This document shows, in pieces, positions 40,734 through 54,579 of a stretch of 64,000 bases of DNA. The DNA is from Macrostomum lignano (lineage: Eukaryota), in assembly GCA_002269645.1 (NCBI GenBank), contig NIVC01000280.1, positions 620,001 through 684,000 of the forward strand, in the 5' to 3' direction. Positions within the stretch are counted from its first letter, which is position 1, and every line of letters begins with the position of its first letter. The notes beneath the pieces are model-generated. The model saw only the letters and a program-made list of their open reading frames with translations, had not been told where the DNA came from and did no database searches. The position numbers and the translations under genes were made by a program.

Positions 40734-42815
40734 TCACTTTTGATCTACGGAAATATCCAGGGTAGGGTTCAAGTTCAGCCGCCGTCGCTGTCGTCGCTGC
40801 GTCATCAGCGCGACGTCCAGCGCGCACAGACAGACGAAGCCGACGAAGGTGGACGCGCCGAGCACGCAGAATGACAGCTGGTAAGTGTCCGTGACGTCCT
40901 TCAGCGCGCCCGCTGTCGGCGGTCCGACGGCCACGCCGAAGCCGAAGCAGAGGATCAGCAGGCCGATGCCGGAGCGGGACCGCTCCCTGCCGATCAGGTC
41001 AATCAGCATGCAGTACAACTGGCTCATGAACAGCCCGGAGGTCAGGCCGAACGCTCCCGAGATCAGGATGAACGGTATTAAATTTTGCATGAAGGCGAAG
41101 GCTGTGATGCTGGAGGCGGTGAGCAGCATGCCGAGTGTCCAGATGCGCCTTCGATGCGGCACCAGGTGGGGGATGTCGAAGAACAGCCCCACTGAGAATC
41201 TGGACACAGTGTCGCAGGCGCCTGGGCAGAAAATGTGCGTAATTTTTAATTTAATAATATGATGGTAAATTTGCAGAAATAGAAAGAAATAAAAAGAAAT
41301 AGTTATTTCTGCACTAAAAAACGGCACCCAAAACAGTAAATTTTCACCGCAACGTCCTACTGCAGAAAGAATCCTGCTTACTAAACCATAAGTCCCGCAT
41401 GGACTTTCGAATCTTCGATCGCCTTTGGGTTATAGGAATTAAGTACATTTACATCAAGTACACCAATACATTTGGACGAGCATCGAATGTTCACCGAATC
41501 TATAATACGAGCATAATATCGAAGGCAAGTCGGACATAGATCATACATCGCGCATTTTACAGCTTGTCAGTGCAGAACTGCGCGTCTAGTGCAGTTAATT
41601 AGAACTCTCCTATTTCCGTAGTGTGTTTTGGCGAAACCCGTCTTCAAAACGAAGTATGCATAGTTAATAAGTACTTGATGCGAACCTACCGGATATGGAT
41701 ATGAGCAGAACAGATGTCATGTCGTCCAGACCGCGAAGCTGCGCATGGTGCGGCAGGATCACCGCCACGGACTTGAAGCCCGACGAGATGAACAGAGTGG
41801 CGGCGGCCAGCAAGCAGAAGTACGGATTGAGGAACAGCTTCAGATCGAAGTTGGCCCACAGCTCCATGCAGAAGCCCCGACCGCTTCGCTCCAGGGACGT
41901 CCTTGACTTGATCGTTGTCATGGATTGGCCCAGGACTTTCTCACCGGTGGAATCCTTGGAGTTTTTGTTTTCAGCGGTTTCACTCTGACCTGCTGTATCG
42001 ATGAGTGCCTCAGAAGTCGCGTCTGCAGCCTCCGCCTCGAGCGCTCCATTTGCTGACTTCTTCCCAGCAGGCAGCGGGTAAAGCAGAGCGCCGCACACCA
42101 CCAGATTGAGCGACAGGCCGCTCAGAATGAGCATACAGCCGCGGAATGAGTACACCTGGATGAGGTACTGGGTGAGCAGAGGCAGCACGAAGCTGCCCAC
42201 TCCGGTGCCCGCGGTCGCCAAGCCGAGGGCGGTCGCCTTGCGTCGGCTGAAGTAGTCGTTGACAGCCAAGAGGCCAGAAGTGTAGGCGAGGCCGTTGCCG
42301 ACTCCCGTCATGCAGCCGAGGGTCAGGTAGATGAGCGACAGACTGCGGCAGAACGAGCTCAGCAGCATGCCGAGGAAGGAGGTGACGCCACCAGCCATCA
42401 TGACCCTGCGGCAGCCAAAATACTTGCAGAGAACGCCGGTAATGGGGCCTGAAAGTCATCGGTGTAAACATTTTTGCTGCTGGGTGACTCAGAAACTGAA
42501 TAACTCACGTTGTGTGCCAGACAAATGCAATACAAGCTCTAGATCAGTCTTCTCTGAAGTCTCTTAAAATCTGTAATCTGATCATTTTCGCGGAAACGCA
42601 ACTTGAACCTTGCACTCACCGCTCATGAACCTGGAAGCGAACAGCAAAGCGCTGAAGCCGGCAGTGGAGGCAGAAGACTGCTGCAGCTCTTTGAGGATCT
42701 CCCTGTAGAACACCCCAGACGCCCTGTCGAGCCCGCCGGCCAGAATGTGCATGCAGTGACCCGCCAGCAGCACCATCCAGCCCCAGCCACCGTCCGGTGC
42801 TGCACTTTGAGACAT
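40734..42815 (-). CDS. Monocarboxylate transporter (SLC16/MFS), paralogue 1; exons 42815-42620, 42448-41690, 41221-40734 (480 aa)
   Basis: Carries the SLC16 signature [39 protein letters not shown] and GPPTAGAL.D, with about 12 hydrophobic segments. Introns are phase 1/1 GT-AG. Confidence 0.92.
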
Positions 42816-43537
42816 GCGTGTTGCACTTTATCGCTCAGTTGAAGCTTGTAATTCTCAGCAAATATTGCCGCTACTCAACTTTATGGTAGCTATCCGAGGT
42901 TTTTTTCAAGCCGCTCGCTAACTTTATCATTTCTGCTTTTCTGTTAACTTTTAACCATTTTTATCAGCAAAGAAAACTTTAAACGATACCAGTTGATATA
43001 GAAGGCCTAGTTGAAACAAACCGCTACTCTTCAGTCACGAGTCTTTGGCGTGAAATTGTGCGGCTCAACGCCGCCAATTCTCTGTATAACAAAACCAGTC
43101 CGTTGACTTATCTGCATTTGTTTCTGGCAGTCTGGAGCTCTTTTAGATTGTCAAATGCCGACGGTTCCTTAATTTCCCAATTAAAGTACACTAGGATGTT
43201 TTGTTTCAATTCAAATATTCAAGCGATATATGTTGAAACATGATTGCAATTGACATTCAGACTATCTGGGTCTAGCTGTAAGACTTGATGAATCAATTCA
43301 GAACGGATTTCTGAGGGTTTGATCATGACCGAAATTTAACAGATACGATTTCATGCAGGGCAAGCGCCTATCAAATAATGTACAAGTAAAATGCTTTTTG
43401 TATACAAATATCCTCTGCGACACTGCGGAGGAGCGCCGGAATGGTCTCGGCAAGTTAACTGTGTCAGAGAACCCCAACTTGAGCTAGAAAGTCAGTACCG
43501 CTGTACATCATGTGTGAGCGTTTGAGTGTGTGTGTGT

Positions 43538-43825
<288 letters not shown>

Positions 43826-44975
43826 CACTTGAGCATGCGAGACAGAATACACACCGCAGCCGTAATTACATTTACATGTAGCTCTACAACAATTAAAGCA
43901 AATGTAGTCAGTCCTACCCAGAATCCTAACACTGCTGACGATAGCCCAGACAGCAAGTACAAACTACTCTGAAAGTAGGAGATTATTACGACAGAGACAA
44001 AAAACCAGACAGCGAAGGTTTATCTGCCCTGTTGCAGTGACCTTTGCTAATGCAGTAAGAATGGCAAGTAATCAAAGGACATTTAGTTCTTTACTCTTGC
44101 AAAATTTTGTTTCTTTGAAACATGCTCGCTCCAAAAGTTATCGATTGTTTGAAATCGACTGCCTGATATAAAATTTTATTTGTAAATCAACTACGCAAAA
44201 GTATGGTTTTAGTTTATACTATTGAAATTTGCATACAGAAAAGCCTGTTATTGAGATAAAATCTTGGAAAACAATAAACAATATATGCATGGTGCATGGT
44301 GTCGAAAAATTGACAAAGCACAAATAAATTTGTTGCCAAAATGGACAGTTTGCTTTAAAATGTTGAGGGGCTAGCTGTTTGAAAAGCATCTAGAATGCTG
44401 GTTATAGCAAAAAAGCTCGTCAAGCAAAATTTGAATTTAAATATTGGCTACACTAAAACAAAAAATAGAAACAAAAAATAAGAAAGGTACAAAAATTGAC
44501 ATTTCTGTTTTTTTCAAAGCATTCATTTATTTTTAATATTTATTCATTTCTTTACTACTTCATCAACCGTGTTATTTTAACTAAGTTCTATTAGAAACAG
44601 TTTACGGCTAAATACTTGCAAACGGGCGATTTTGCAGATGGATTGGGAAATCCGGTTCCCAACTCTGTTCCACTGAGATCCAGTCCTCACACGAGAGCCA
44701 ATCATACAATTAACTACCCTCTGTGTGAATGCAAACGCAAAATTAATGTTTATTACAACCAAGCTATTTAAACTCTCAAGTGCTACTTATAGTTGATCCA
44801 AAAATTAGCAATACGAGTAGGAAATCAAAACTCAAACTCGAACATGCGGCTCTTTTGCGTAAAGAGCTATGCATAAAGCTATGTAGAAAGCTCTGCAGAA
44901 ATTGTCTTATAAAATTAACTACAATATTTGGTAGAACTAAATCGTGCCAACAAGGCAAACCTTGCCAGGCGTCAC

Positions 44976-47900
44976 TCAGGTAGCGATCTCAACAGTCGTG
45001 GCTTCTGGATTCGACAATCGTTGACGCCGACCCCGCAGCAGCAGTACGACGTCCAGCACGCACAGGCAGACGAAGCCAGCGAAAGTGGCCGCGCCGAGGG
45101 CACAGAACGACAGCTTATAGGAGCCGCTGATGTCCTTGATTGCCCCAGCCAGAGGCGGCCCGATCGCCACGCCGACACCGCGGCAGAGGATCAGCAGGCC
45201 GATGCCGGTTCGGCAGCGCTCCCGGCCGATCAGGTCGCCAAGCACGCAGTACAGCTGGCTGACGAACAGCCCGGAGGTCAGGCCGAACGCAACCGACACG
45301 AGCACAAACGGAGCCAGGCTGTGCATGAAGGCGAAGGCTGCGATGCTGGAGGCGGTGAGCAGCATGCCGAGTGTCCAGATGCGCCTGCGGTGCGGCACCA
45401 GGCGGGACGTGTCGAACAGCAGGCCGAGGGAGAACCGCGACACCGTGTCGCAGGCGCCTGCGGATCGGTGCGTGAGAGGAGCTATCCGTCCTTTCCTGGA
45501 CACTGCATGATCACTAACAGCTACTAGAACAACTCCAGTCTCTTTGGACACACCGCCGTAATCCTATAGGCACCTCATTGCTTATGCAGACATCCACTGT
45601 AATTTAAACATCGCAAATAGTTTCAACATTAATAATTAATTTTTGCAGGAAATTTTTGGGTGCTCTCCTTCAGCGACACCGTCCCGAAACCAGCGCTGAG
45701 GCAATTCTGCCCATTTCGCTGACTCCAAAGCACATACAAGCGCGCCAGTGCTGTACGCAGGCTCACAAAGGGTGTACAGAGGCCCTGAATTTCTAGATTC
45801 GTCAGGCATGTGCAAACCGTGTCTCGGGGCCTGGCCCTGGTGGCTGTGAATCGCACGACAACCCGCCAAGGACTACGATCAAGTAAAAGGACGGGAAACC
45901 CCTGGCCTTGGTGGCTGTGAGTCGCACGACAACCCGCCAAGGACTACGATCAATTAAAAGGACGGGAAACCTCGTTTCTTAGAAAATTTTAGGAGCAGGA
46001 GGCAGACCCAATGTTCATCTTTTGATATGTTTTGCCTTTCGTATAGCTCCATTGATATTCATAGAGCTTTTCGTTTAGAAAATTAGGATTCTGTGTCAAT
46101 TTTTTATTCTACGTACAATTGTACATGTCCTGTGCATAAGAACCATTAACATGACACGGCTCGGCTCGTCGGTTTTATGAATCTATTTTATCATTCTTAG
46201 CTGACTGTGTAACAATATGTGTAACAGAGATTATAAAATAGATTTAAAAAATCAACGAGTCGAGCTGTGCCATGCATTTACATCGCCGTTGTCAGCACTC
46301 GGATCAACCAGTGGGTGGCTTCAAAGCCCAGGGAGAGGTGGGCAATCGCCCCAGACTGCCGGCAATCCCGCGCGGCTGTCCCCTGTCCTTCCTCCGCCCT
46401 GCGCAGGGCCCTGCTTGGACTCAACCGCAGGGACATCAGGGCGGTGACCATGGCCCTCTCGGGTCATGGCTGTTTTGCCAGGCATCGTCACCTCCATGGA
46501 AAAATCCGCAGTGAGGGATGCCCATTCTGCCTATCCGGTGTCGAGAATGCGAGCACTTTATCTGTGAATGCCCCGCCTTTACTCAGGACAGGCTCACCTA
46601 CCTCGGCCCAAACCCGGACCTCTCCGAGGTTTTCAGGCCCGAGAACCTCTGCTAGCTCGTCCGCTACCTAAGGACTACCGGGCGAGCGACAATCCACCTC
46701 CTGGACTCTCCGGAGGGGGACCGCACTGCGGACACCGGCACCACCGGAACTCCCTGCGCGACACCGCAGCACTAGCTGCCCGTGGTTGCCAGGGGTTAGC
46801 AAAATGGGCGGCAACGCCTCCTCGCTGCTTCCGGACGCACGGAGCCCCCTGCAGCTCAGTCAAGTAAGTGCCATGCATTTTTATGATTTTTAGGTACAGG
46901 GAATGTACGTAGTATAAAAGATGAAAGAGTATCGGAACCCACCTAAGGAACCCTAACTCTGTACACTATCTCTGTCTTGGAAGTTGGCTCTCCAAGCAGG
47001 CGTGAATCGCACGAACTCAGGGGGGTCGTGGATCGAGAGCGAGACGGCTGAGCTACCCTGCCCCCATTGCACCAGTTCAGGAAATGATTGCTTTATCCGC
47101 AGATTGCCTGCAAACAGCTCACCAGCAATGGAGATCAGCAGCACGGAGGTGGTTCTGGTCAGGCCCTTGAGCTGGCCGTGGTGCGGCAAAATCACCGCGA
47201 CAGGCTTGAAGCCGGCAGAGATGAACAAAGCCGCCAGCGCGTACACGCTGAACTGCCAGTTGAGGAACAGTTTCAGGTCGAAATTCTCCCACAACTGGAT
47301 GAAGAACCGACGACAGGGGCTCACAGGTGCAGGGTCAGCTGTTTGCAACGGCTGTGCATCAGCTGACACTGGTTGCTTGGCAGAATGTTCCTCATCGGGT
47401 TTCATTCCGTCTCCATTCTTCTCTGCGCCTTCCACTGCCCGCAGTGCCACTGACTCGGCGGGCTTTTCCTCACCGACTGCAGCCTGCGGCAGCGGGTAAA
47501 GCAGAGCGCCGCACACCACCAGATTGAGCGACAGACCGCTCAGAATGAGCATACAGCCGCGGAATGAGTACACCTGGATGAGGTACTGGGTGAGCAGAGG
47601 CAGCACGAAGCTGCCCACTCCAGTGCCCGCGGTCGCCAAGCCGAGGGCGGTCGCCTTGCGTCGGCTGAAGTAGTCGTTGACAGCCAAGAGGCCAGAAGTG
47701 TAGGCGAGGCCGTTGCCGACTCCCGTCATGAAACCAAGGGTCAGGTAGATGAGCGACAGACTGCGACAGAACGAGCTCAGCAGCACGCCGACGAAGGATA
47801 TGAGGCCTCCAGCCATCATTACTTTTCGACAGCAGAAGAACTTGCATAGTACCCCCGCTACTGGGCCTTGATAAAAATATTTTGCACGAAATACATGTAA

Positions 47901-48167
47901 AAGCATTCATACATGTACATCCCTGTCTGAGAAACGTTCACAGAGTAATAACACAGGGATTCAGATCTTTAACCCACCGCTAAGAAACCTGGAGGAAAAA
48001 AGCAGTGCAGTAAATCCAGCTGTCGATGCGGAAGACTCTTGCATGTCATAGAGAATTTCACGGTAGAAAACTCCTGTTGCTCTGTCAAGTCCGCCAGTTA
48101 AAAAGTGCATGAAGTGGACGGCTAGGACAATCATCCAGCCCCAGCCACCGTCGAGTGCTTTATCCAT
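44976..48167 (-). CDS. Monocarboxylate transporter (SLC16/MFS), paralogue 2; exons 48167-47978, 47866-47123, 45457-44976 (471 aa)
   Basis: DGGWGWMIV; same intron positions and phases as paralogue 1. Confidence 0.92.
46280..46865 (+). mobile_element. 5'-truncated, degenerate non-LTR retrotransposon (LINE) ORF2 C-terminus in MCT2 intron 2
   Basis: [25 protein letters not shown]...CPFCLSGVE is followed, after a frameshift, by [19 protein letters not shown]. This is the typical CCHC C-terminal knuckle of LINE ORF2. There is an in-frame TAG near 46650, followed by a GC-rich 3'UTR-like stretch. Confidence 0.8.
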
Positions 48168-49190
48168 GTCTATTTAAACTACAATGTTTCTTCTGAATAG
48201 AAGTTGCGGCTGAAAAGGATATTTGAGAATTTTTAACACTACAGTAAGAAACATACTTCAGAAGATTTTCAATTAATCATTGCTAATTGGAGACCCAAAG
48301 AACATAACTAACTACACTTGAACTTAGAAAAATACAAAACTAGCGTACAGGCTAGTTATTTTAATTGTTTCAGGCTATCCAATATAACAAAGAGAAAGCT
48401 GCCAAAAAGAAATTTACTTAAATTTTGAGCTAGCTATTACTATTATATTACTCTGTCTCTGAGTCTCAATTTCTGGGCAAGTGTATGACATAGAAAAAGA
48501 AAGAGAAATATTTTATTAAAAAAGGAAAATCCTTACATCACTATGAAAAAAATAGACAAAAATGTATGAACACATAGAGCTAAAAATAAAAAAATAACCG
48601 CTTTTAATCGGATATTCGGATACTTATATTTCGAAATTCAGTGTATTCTTCTATGCATAAAATAATAATACTGTAACGGCGCAATTCTAAGGAAATTCTG
48701 TAGTCATTTTTGCGCGAATTTCTTAGTATTAAATCAAATTATCTAACTAATTTATAGCGTTCTTCTATTTAAATTATCAAAAACTTTCATAGACCTAGCC
48801 TTAATTTATTTTACTTTTTTGTTGCTTTAAAAAATAAAACAACATAGTCTTGTCGAATTGAAAACACTTCGTTTCTTGGAAAATTTAATAAATTTAATAA
48901 ATGGCAGTTCCCCCCCTTAGGCAAAGACCCCAAAAAAATAGATAGGCCAAGCAAATTTTTGCCAAAAACAAAGCCACCTTTTTGCCTCCCCTCCTGGGAC
49001 TTTACCCTCCAGAATTTGCCCCCTCAAAAAATTTATGGTTGCGCTACTGATAGTAAGCATCTTATATGTATGCTTCCAGTTCCATGTTATATCAATTTGA
49101 TTGTTCCTTATATTCTTTATGTACTTTCTATTTTTCTTTTTTATTGATGTTCTCTTGATTAGGCCTTAGCTTAGGCCTATATTTGCCTTT

Positions 49191-49675
49191 GGGATTGCAA
49201 AATACCAGTTTTTTGTGATCCTAGGATCTGAAAAATACAGATTTTTAAGCTTTAGGGTTGAAATTACAAGGCAAAATTCACTAAATATATTTTTGCTTCC
49301 ATTTTTGATTGTACTAGAGATAATGATCTTTTTGTAAATGAAAAACAGCATTATCTTGTGATGTATTTAAGTAAGTAAAAGTACTAAATAGTAGTAAAGA
49401 AGCAAATCATATATCAAAATTTATATAGGAATAAATTTCACATTTAAATCTATAATGCGGGGTTTAAAAAAGGTGCTATGCGACATAAGGCAATTAATGG
49501 AAATTAGTGCAGTATAATAAACTAGTTGTGGGCCCAATTATGTTTATATTATAGCACTTTTTATAAAAACAATAACAAAAATTAGTCCTGGGATTTGGTA
49601 CCCCAAATCCTAGGACTGGAAATCCTGGGATTTGGGCCCAATCCTAGGATTTTGGAATCCCAGGATTGCAATCCC
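49191..49675. mobile_element. MITE with GGGATTGCAA/TTGCAATCCC termini
   Basis: 10-bp perfect terminal inverted repeats, both flanked by the direct repeat TATTTGCCTTT, with internal CC(T/C)AGGAT/ATCCT palindromes. Confidence 0.7.
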
Positions 49676-50059
49676 TATTTGCCTTTGCCTTACTATCAAA
49701 ATGCTTTTATATCTTGGAGACTATTTGATGAGTGCTAAGCCTACTTTAAATGATCAAGTCTTTATTATCAACTTAGCTAGAATGATCTTTGCTTTTCTCA
49801 GCAATTTCCTTTATCTTTACGCCTTTATAAGCTAATAATAATATATGTTGAAAAAAAACTAGCAATATATTACTTAGCAACTATTCATTCACTACCTAGG
49901 CAGGTGGGGCTCTTCTTAACTGAGAATGTAGCCAAGTGAATATACTCAATAATATTAAAAAGTTGCTATCCTTTGCCCTAATATCTTTCAACTAGAGTCT
50001 AACTAACACCTAGTCATTCTTTTTTTATATTAATGATTAAAAAATAAAAACTAGGCCTA

Positions 50060-51000
50060 GAAAGAATCTTTAATCCATATATCTAATCTTTGCTATCTAC
50101 TCTTCAATTTTTTCTTATTTAGCCCAACTCTGTCATGTGGTACAAGTTTTATCATTCAAAGTCAATGCTAAGCTAGAAATAATTAGACATACAAAGGTAA
50201 AGTGACAACCTTTTATGCTATTGAGTATATATTCTTGTTAATGCTTTCTTTATATGCCATGCTATTAGCAAAATGCTAGGGCCTACTCTAGTGGCTAAGC
50301 AATTTGAGCCAAACTAGCTATTTAAAAGGGTATAATAGCCTAAGTTGAGCAAGTTTTGAGATAGCTCAATAATAACCTCATTGCAATTGAGGTTGATACC
50401 AATCTTCTAAGTTTTCTTTTGACAACTAATATACAAAATACATAGCTAGGTTCTATAGATAGCCACTATTGCATTTACAAAAGCAGTAAAGCTTAATACC
50501 TTAATATCTACTCCATTTTAAGATATATTACTTAAAATCTGACTGCCTTTATATAGTATTAGGCTTTTGCCAATGTTGATACTTGATAGCAAAGTATGTA
50601 GTTGGTTTGACAAAGGTTTTAAGCCTCAAGCACAAGCAAAAAGGTTAATTTTTATAAATTGCATTATCTAGGTTCTTGGCATTGCAATTATAGAATCATA
50701 TAAAGCCTATGATATTTTTAAACTAATTATAAAAAAGGCAGGAAGGTTGGCTTAAATATGAGAAGTGATTGAAAAAAATTGACTAGTAAATATTCAATTT
50801 AGGCTTCTTATTTAGCCTTATATATTGTGCAGGCACAAAAACCCACAGATTTTCAAATTTAATTTGGGCTACAGTCCTTCTATTAAACTATCTTGGGTAA
50901 CATATCTGGCTCTTAAACATTCATAAGCTCTTTCCAAGCTCTCGCATTTTTTAGTCCAAAATACGCTAAAAATTGTTGCCTGTCAAGAACTTCTCAATAA
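50060..51000 (-). pseudogene. piggyBac-like (PGBD-type) transposase fossil
   Basis: Fragments in family order, across frameshifts: KKPKLNIY*S, IAMPRT, KSLILYKG, FK*YI.K.SRY, GIKLYCFCKCNSGYL*NLAMY, VIIELSQNLLNLGYYTLLNS*FGS, VDSKD*. They correspond to the remembered YWS / DESL.LYKGR / FKQYIP.K.SRYGIK / SGY.WN / LL.xGY...DNWF.S / GVD..DQ motifs. Confidence 0.75.
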
Positions 51001-51865
51001 AAGATGCATTTTTATTAGCTTGATCTGGTAGATTCCAGGATGAATTGCAACCATTTGTTCCTAGAAATTTAATACATGGATGTAGTTGATTGTTATCATA
51101 TTCAAATATAATATTCTAGGCTTCTTATTGTTCTATAATTTAATTTTTTCTTCTTCGAAATTGGCCTTATCCTTGGAGTCCAAGTTAGACTTGTTTAGAC
51201 TTAACAGTTTGGAATCAAGACCATATCTGAATCTTGCAATGAATAAAGTTTATTTAGATAAGGTCTTCTGAAACCCATGACATTTAGAAAACTTAGGAAT
51301 TTTGCAGATTATTTCATAGAGAGAAAAGTGTTTTTTTTGTCTGTCACCAACACTTCTAAACTAATAGAGGACATTGACATACATGTATGTATAAAATCTT
51401 TCACTCTATAGTCTTTATAACTAGAATAGCGATATAGGGTTGAATAGAAAGAAAGTGTCTATTGACCTAAATTTGACCTATCCAACTGAAACAAAGTGAC
51501 AAATATCTTCACTGCCTTGAAGAGGTTAAGGTCAATTGCATATACAATATCCTGAATCTGTGTAATAGACAAGTAAATATCATCTTTACCTAAATGCTTT
51601 GCAAGTTTCAAAGCTTTTTATGAGATGAACTCTTCTCTTGTCCTAAAAGTTGAGGACTTAGGCAACAGATTTTCAATGCCACATGTGAATTGTGTGGTTG
51701 GGGTGGTTGGTGACTCAAGTTAAGATAAATGCAGTTCCAGCCATTTTTGTACAATAAATAATTAATTAGCTATGGATAAATTATGGGAAATTTTTGGTTA
51801 CAGTGGAACTCTACTTTCAATTGTTGATCACTCAGTCAGAGCTCTTCCAGACGCCAACTCTGGCC

Positions 51866-53055
51866 ATGCTAGCTGACGCATCAGCGCCTAGTCCACGCCA
51901 AGCCAGTCTGGGCAGTGCTGCCAAGAGCTGGGGCGCCACACTTTACTGTCTGGGCCGGCGGGCCACCAGCGCTGTGGCTTCTACTGCGGCTGCCGCTGCC
52001 GCTGCTGCCATGGCCGTCACCGACTCTGGGCAGCAGCAGCAGCAGCAGCAACAGCAAGCTTCTCTGGCCTCCTCGGCCGCTGCAGAGCCGCCCTGGTCTG
52101 GCCTGGAGCCGGGTCCGCGCAATCAGATTTTATCGCTGGCTGAGGATCCTCGCAATTTTCTCCGCCCACCGCCTGCCAGCTGCGGCTTCGAGTTCTGCTT
52201 GGAGCCGGTACTGCCATCGGCTATGGCCGCGCTGGAGGCCGACCCGGCGCTCAGGCAGATGCGATTCAGGCTGGTGCCGAGGCGGCTGGCCGAGGAGCAG
52301 TTCTGGAGGAACTATTTCTATAGGGTATGGAGCTGAGTCTTGGCTGCTGGCTGGCTGTGCCTCTTTCATGCCTGTTAAGTGATGCTGTAGCTACCCACTA
52401 CCCATGTCTCCTGCTAGCCCCCAGTGTCCCCTGCTAGCCCCCAGTGTCCCCTGCTAGCCCCCAGAGTCCCTTGCTAGCCCCCAGAGTCCCTTGCTAGCCC
52501 CCAGAGTCCCTTGCTAGCCCCCAGTGTCCCCTGCTAGCCCCCAGAGTCCCTTGCTAGCCCCCAGTGTCCCCTGCTAGCCCCCAGTGTCCCCTGCTAGCCC
52601 CCAGTGTCCCCTGCTAGCCCCCAGTGTCCCCTGCTAGCCCCCAGTGTCCCCTGCTAGCCCCCAGAGTCCCCTGCTAGCCCCCAGAGTCCCTTGCTAGCCC
52701 CCAGTTCCCCTGCTAGCCCCCAGTGTCCCCTGCTAGGCCAGCCTTATTTGGATACAATGTTGACATTTCCCAACCTCAGGTTAGCGTGATCCGCCGCTCC
52801 GCGCAGCTCTCAGTATCCACTCCAGCCCTAGCAACTGTTGCTAGGGACGCGAGAGCGCATTCGCCGGCCGAGGCCTCTGAATGCTCGTCAGCCTGCAGCA
52901 GCGATAGCTTTGAGCGAGTGCCGTCCAGAGAGGCTCTTGAGGCCGAGGTCGGTGATGATGTCGTTGAAATTGTTTACAATGATTGGGAGCGGGAACTGCA
53001 GCGGGAGCTGGCCGGACTCGAACCTATAACCTCGGGCAGCCAGCCGAAGGACTAG
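51866..53055 (+). CDS. SYAP1: Synapse-associated protein 1 (BSD domain); exons 51866-52324, 52780-53055; an additional 5' exon is possible (acceptor at 51850)
   Basis: PPW...QILSLAEDPRNFLRPPPA, MRFRLVP....EEQFWRNYFYRVSVIRRSAQL and the C-terminal DWERELQREL match SYAP1/Sap47. Confidence 0.9.
52410..52735. repeat. 20-bp minisatellite CTGCTAGCCCCCAGTGTCCC, SYAP1 intron
   Basis: About 16 copies. Confidence 0.92.
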
Positions 53056-53499
53056 TTCAGTCTGTGCCTGTGCTTCTGCTAAAACTCGATCTAATCCTGT
53101 CTTTGCCAATCAAAGACACTAATCGTATATAGCGTATATTCGTATATAGCTCAATAATAAATAGCGAAAGCCCCAATGAGATTCTCTCCCGACTGAATTA
53201 TTAAATTAACTTGTTAATGTTAATTCGTGCTGTTAATTTTAGCGAGCTTGGTTTTGATAGCTGAAGCCACATATCAGGCCTTTGTTGGCCAAACCGAATT
53301 GCACTAAACTTTTATTGCGTAATCCTTGTATGTCTTAATTGTTTACCTCTTTGGCGTCGCTAACTTTAATTCTTGACTGCGTTAAAAAATTCCTGCACTT
53401 GACAAAATTCTGGGTGTATTCGCATTGGATTCTAACCCAAAAATGGCGTGGGACGCTTGTCATGTCTAACAGTCACCTCCATGCCCTTCCCCTATTGTA

Positions 53500-53905
53500 C
53501 AGGCACACGTCCAACCAGGCGCCTCAAACCTCTTCCCCCAATGTACATACACACGCCCAACCAACTGACTCCAACCTCTTCCCCCAATGTACATACACAC
53601 GCCCAACCAACTGCCTCCAACCTCTTCCCCCAATGTACATACACACGCCCAACCAACTTCCTCCAATCTCTTCCTCCAATTTACATACGCATGTCCAATC
53701 AGGCGCCTCCAACCTCTTCCCCAATGTACATACACACGCCCAACCAACTGCCTCCAACCTCTTCCCCCAATGTACATACACACGCCCAACCAACTTCCTC
53801 CAATGTACATACGCATGTCCAACCAGGCGCCTCCAACCTCTTCCCCAATGTACATACACACGCCCAACCAACTGCCTTTAACCCACCCTTTCCCTAATGT
53901 ACACA
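53500..53905. repeat. ~45-bp degenerate minisatellite CCAATGTACATACACACGCCCAACCAACTGCCTCCAACCTCTTCC
   Basis: About 9 copies downstream of SYAP1. Confidence 0.85.
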
Positions 53906-54579
53906 TGGACAGTAAAAAACGAATCCTGACTAGAATCCAACCATATTAAATCCATATCCATATCCACATCCATATCAAATCAATTTATTAACTGGAATCA
54001 AAGCAGGCAGGACGCGGACAAGTAAGTACTTTTTCTTGGGTATTTTTACTATCATTTCATTGCTATCATGTTCATAATCATTCCATTAATAAGCGTAGTC
54101 ACTATGTTTATTAAGTATCGAAAATGCGTGTTACATTAATAATTTAACACATTGACAAGTTGCTGCCAACAAGTTCATTAGTCATTTCGCATTTGGTGTG
54201 AATGCGTATTATTACATTATGTATTAGAATTGTATCGATCTTATACCTACTGCTATGAATTCCTTTCTTCCTCTATTTTCTATCGTAATAAAAATTGTGT
54301 AAACTATCTGACAATAATTGTGCAAATTTAAGCTTTTTAAATATAATTGAAAAAAGTTGATTTTATCATCAATAATGCATTCATTATTATGCCTCAACAG
54401 TTCACTGCCCTAAAGTACAGCATTATTACTTTTCTGTGATTTTTTGTGCCAGAAGTTTGTCAGAATTACAACACTGACGTATTGATTTGCTCTTCTAAAC
54501 CTAAGCCAAATAATACAGAGATTCCCGTTTCGATTTCAATCAGATGTACTAATCCTGTTTTTGTCTCACCACGCTGCTG

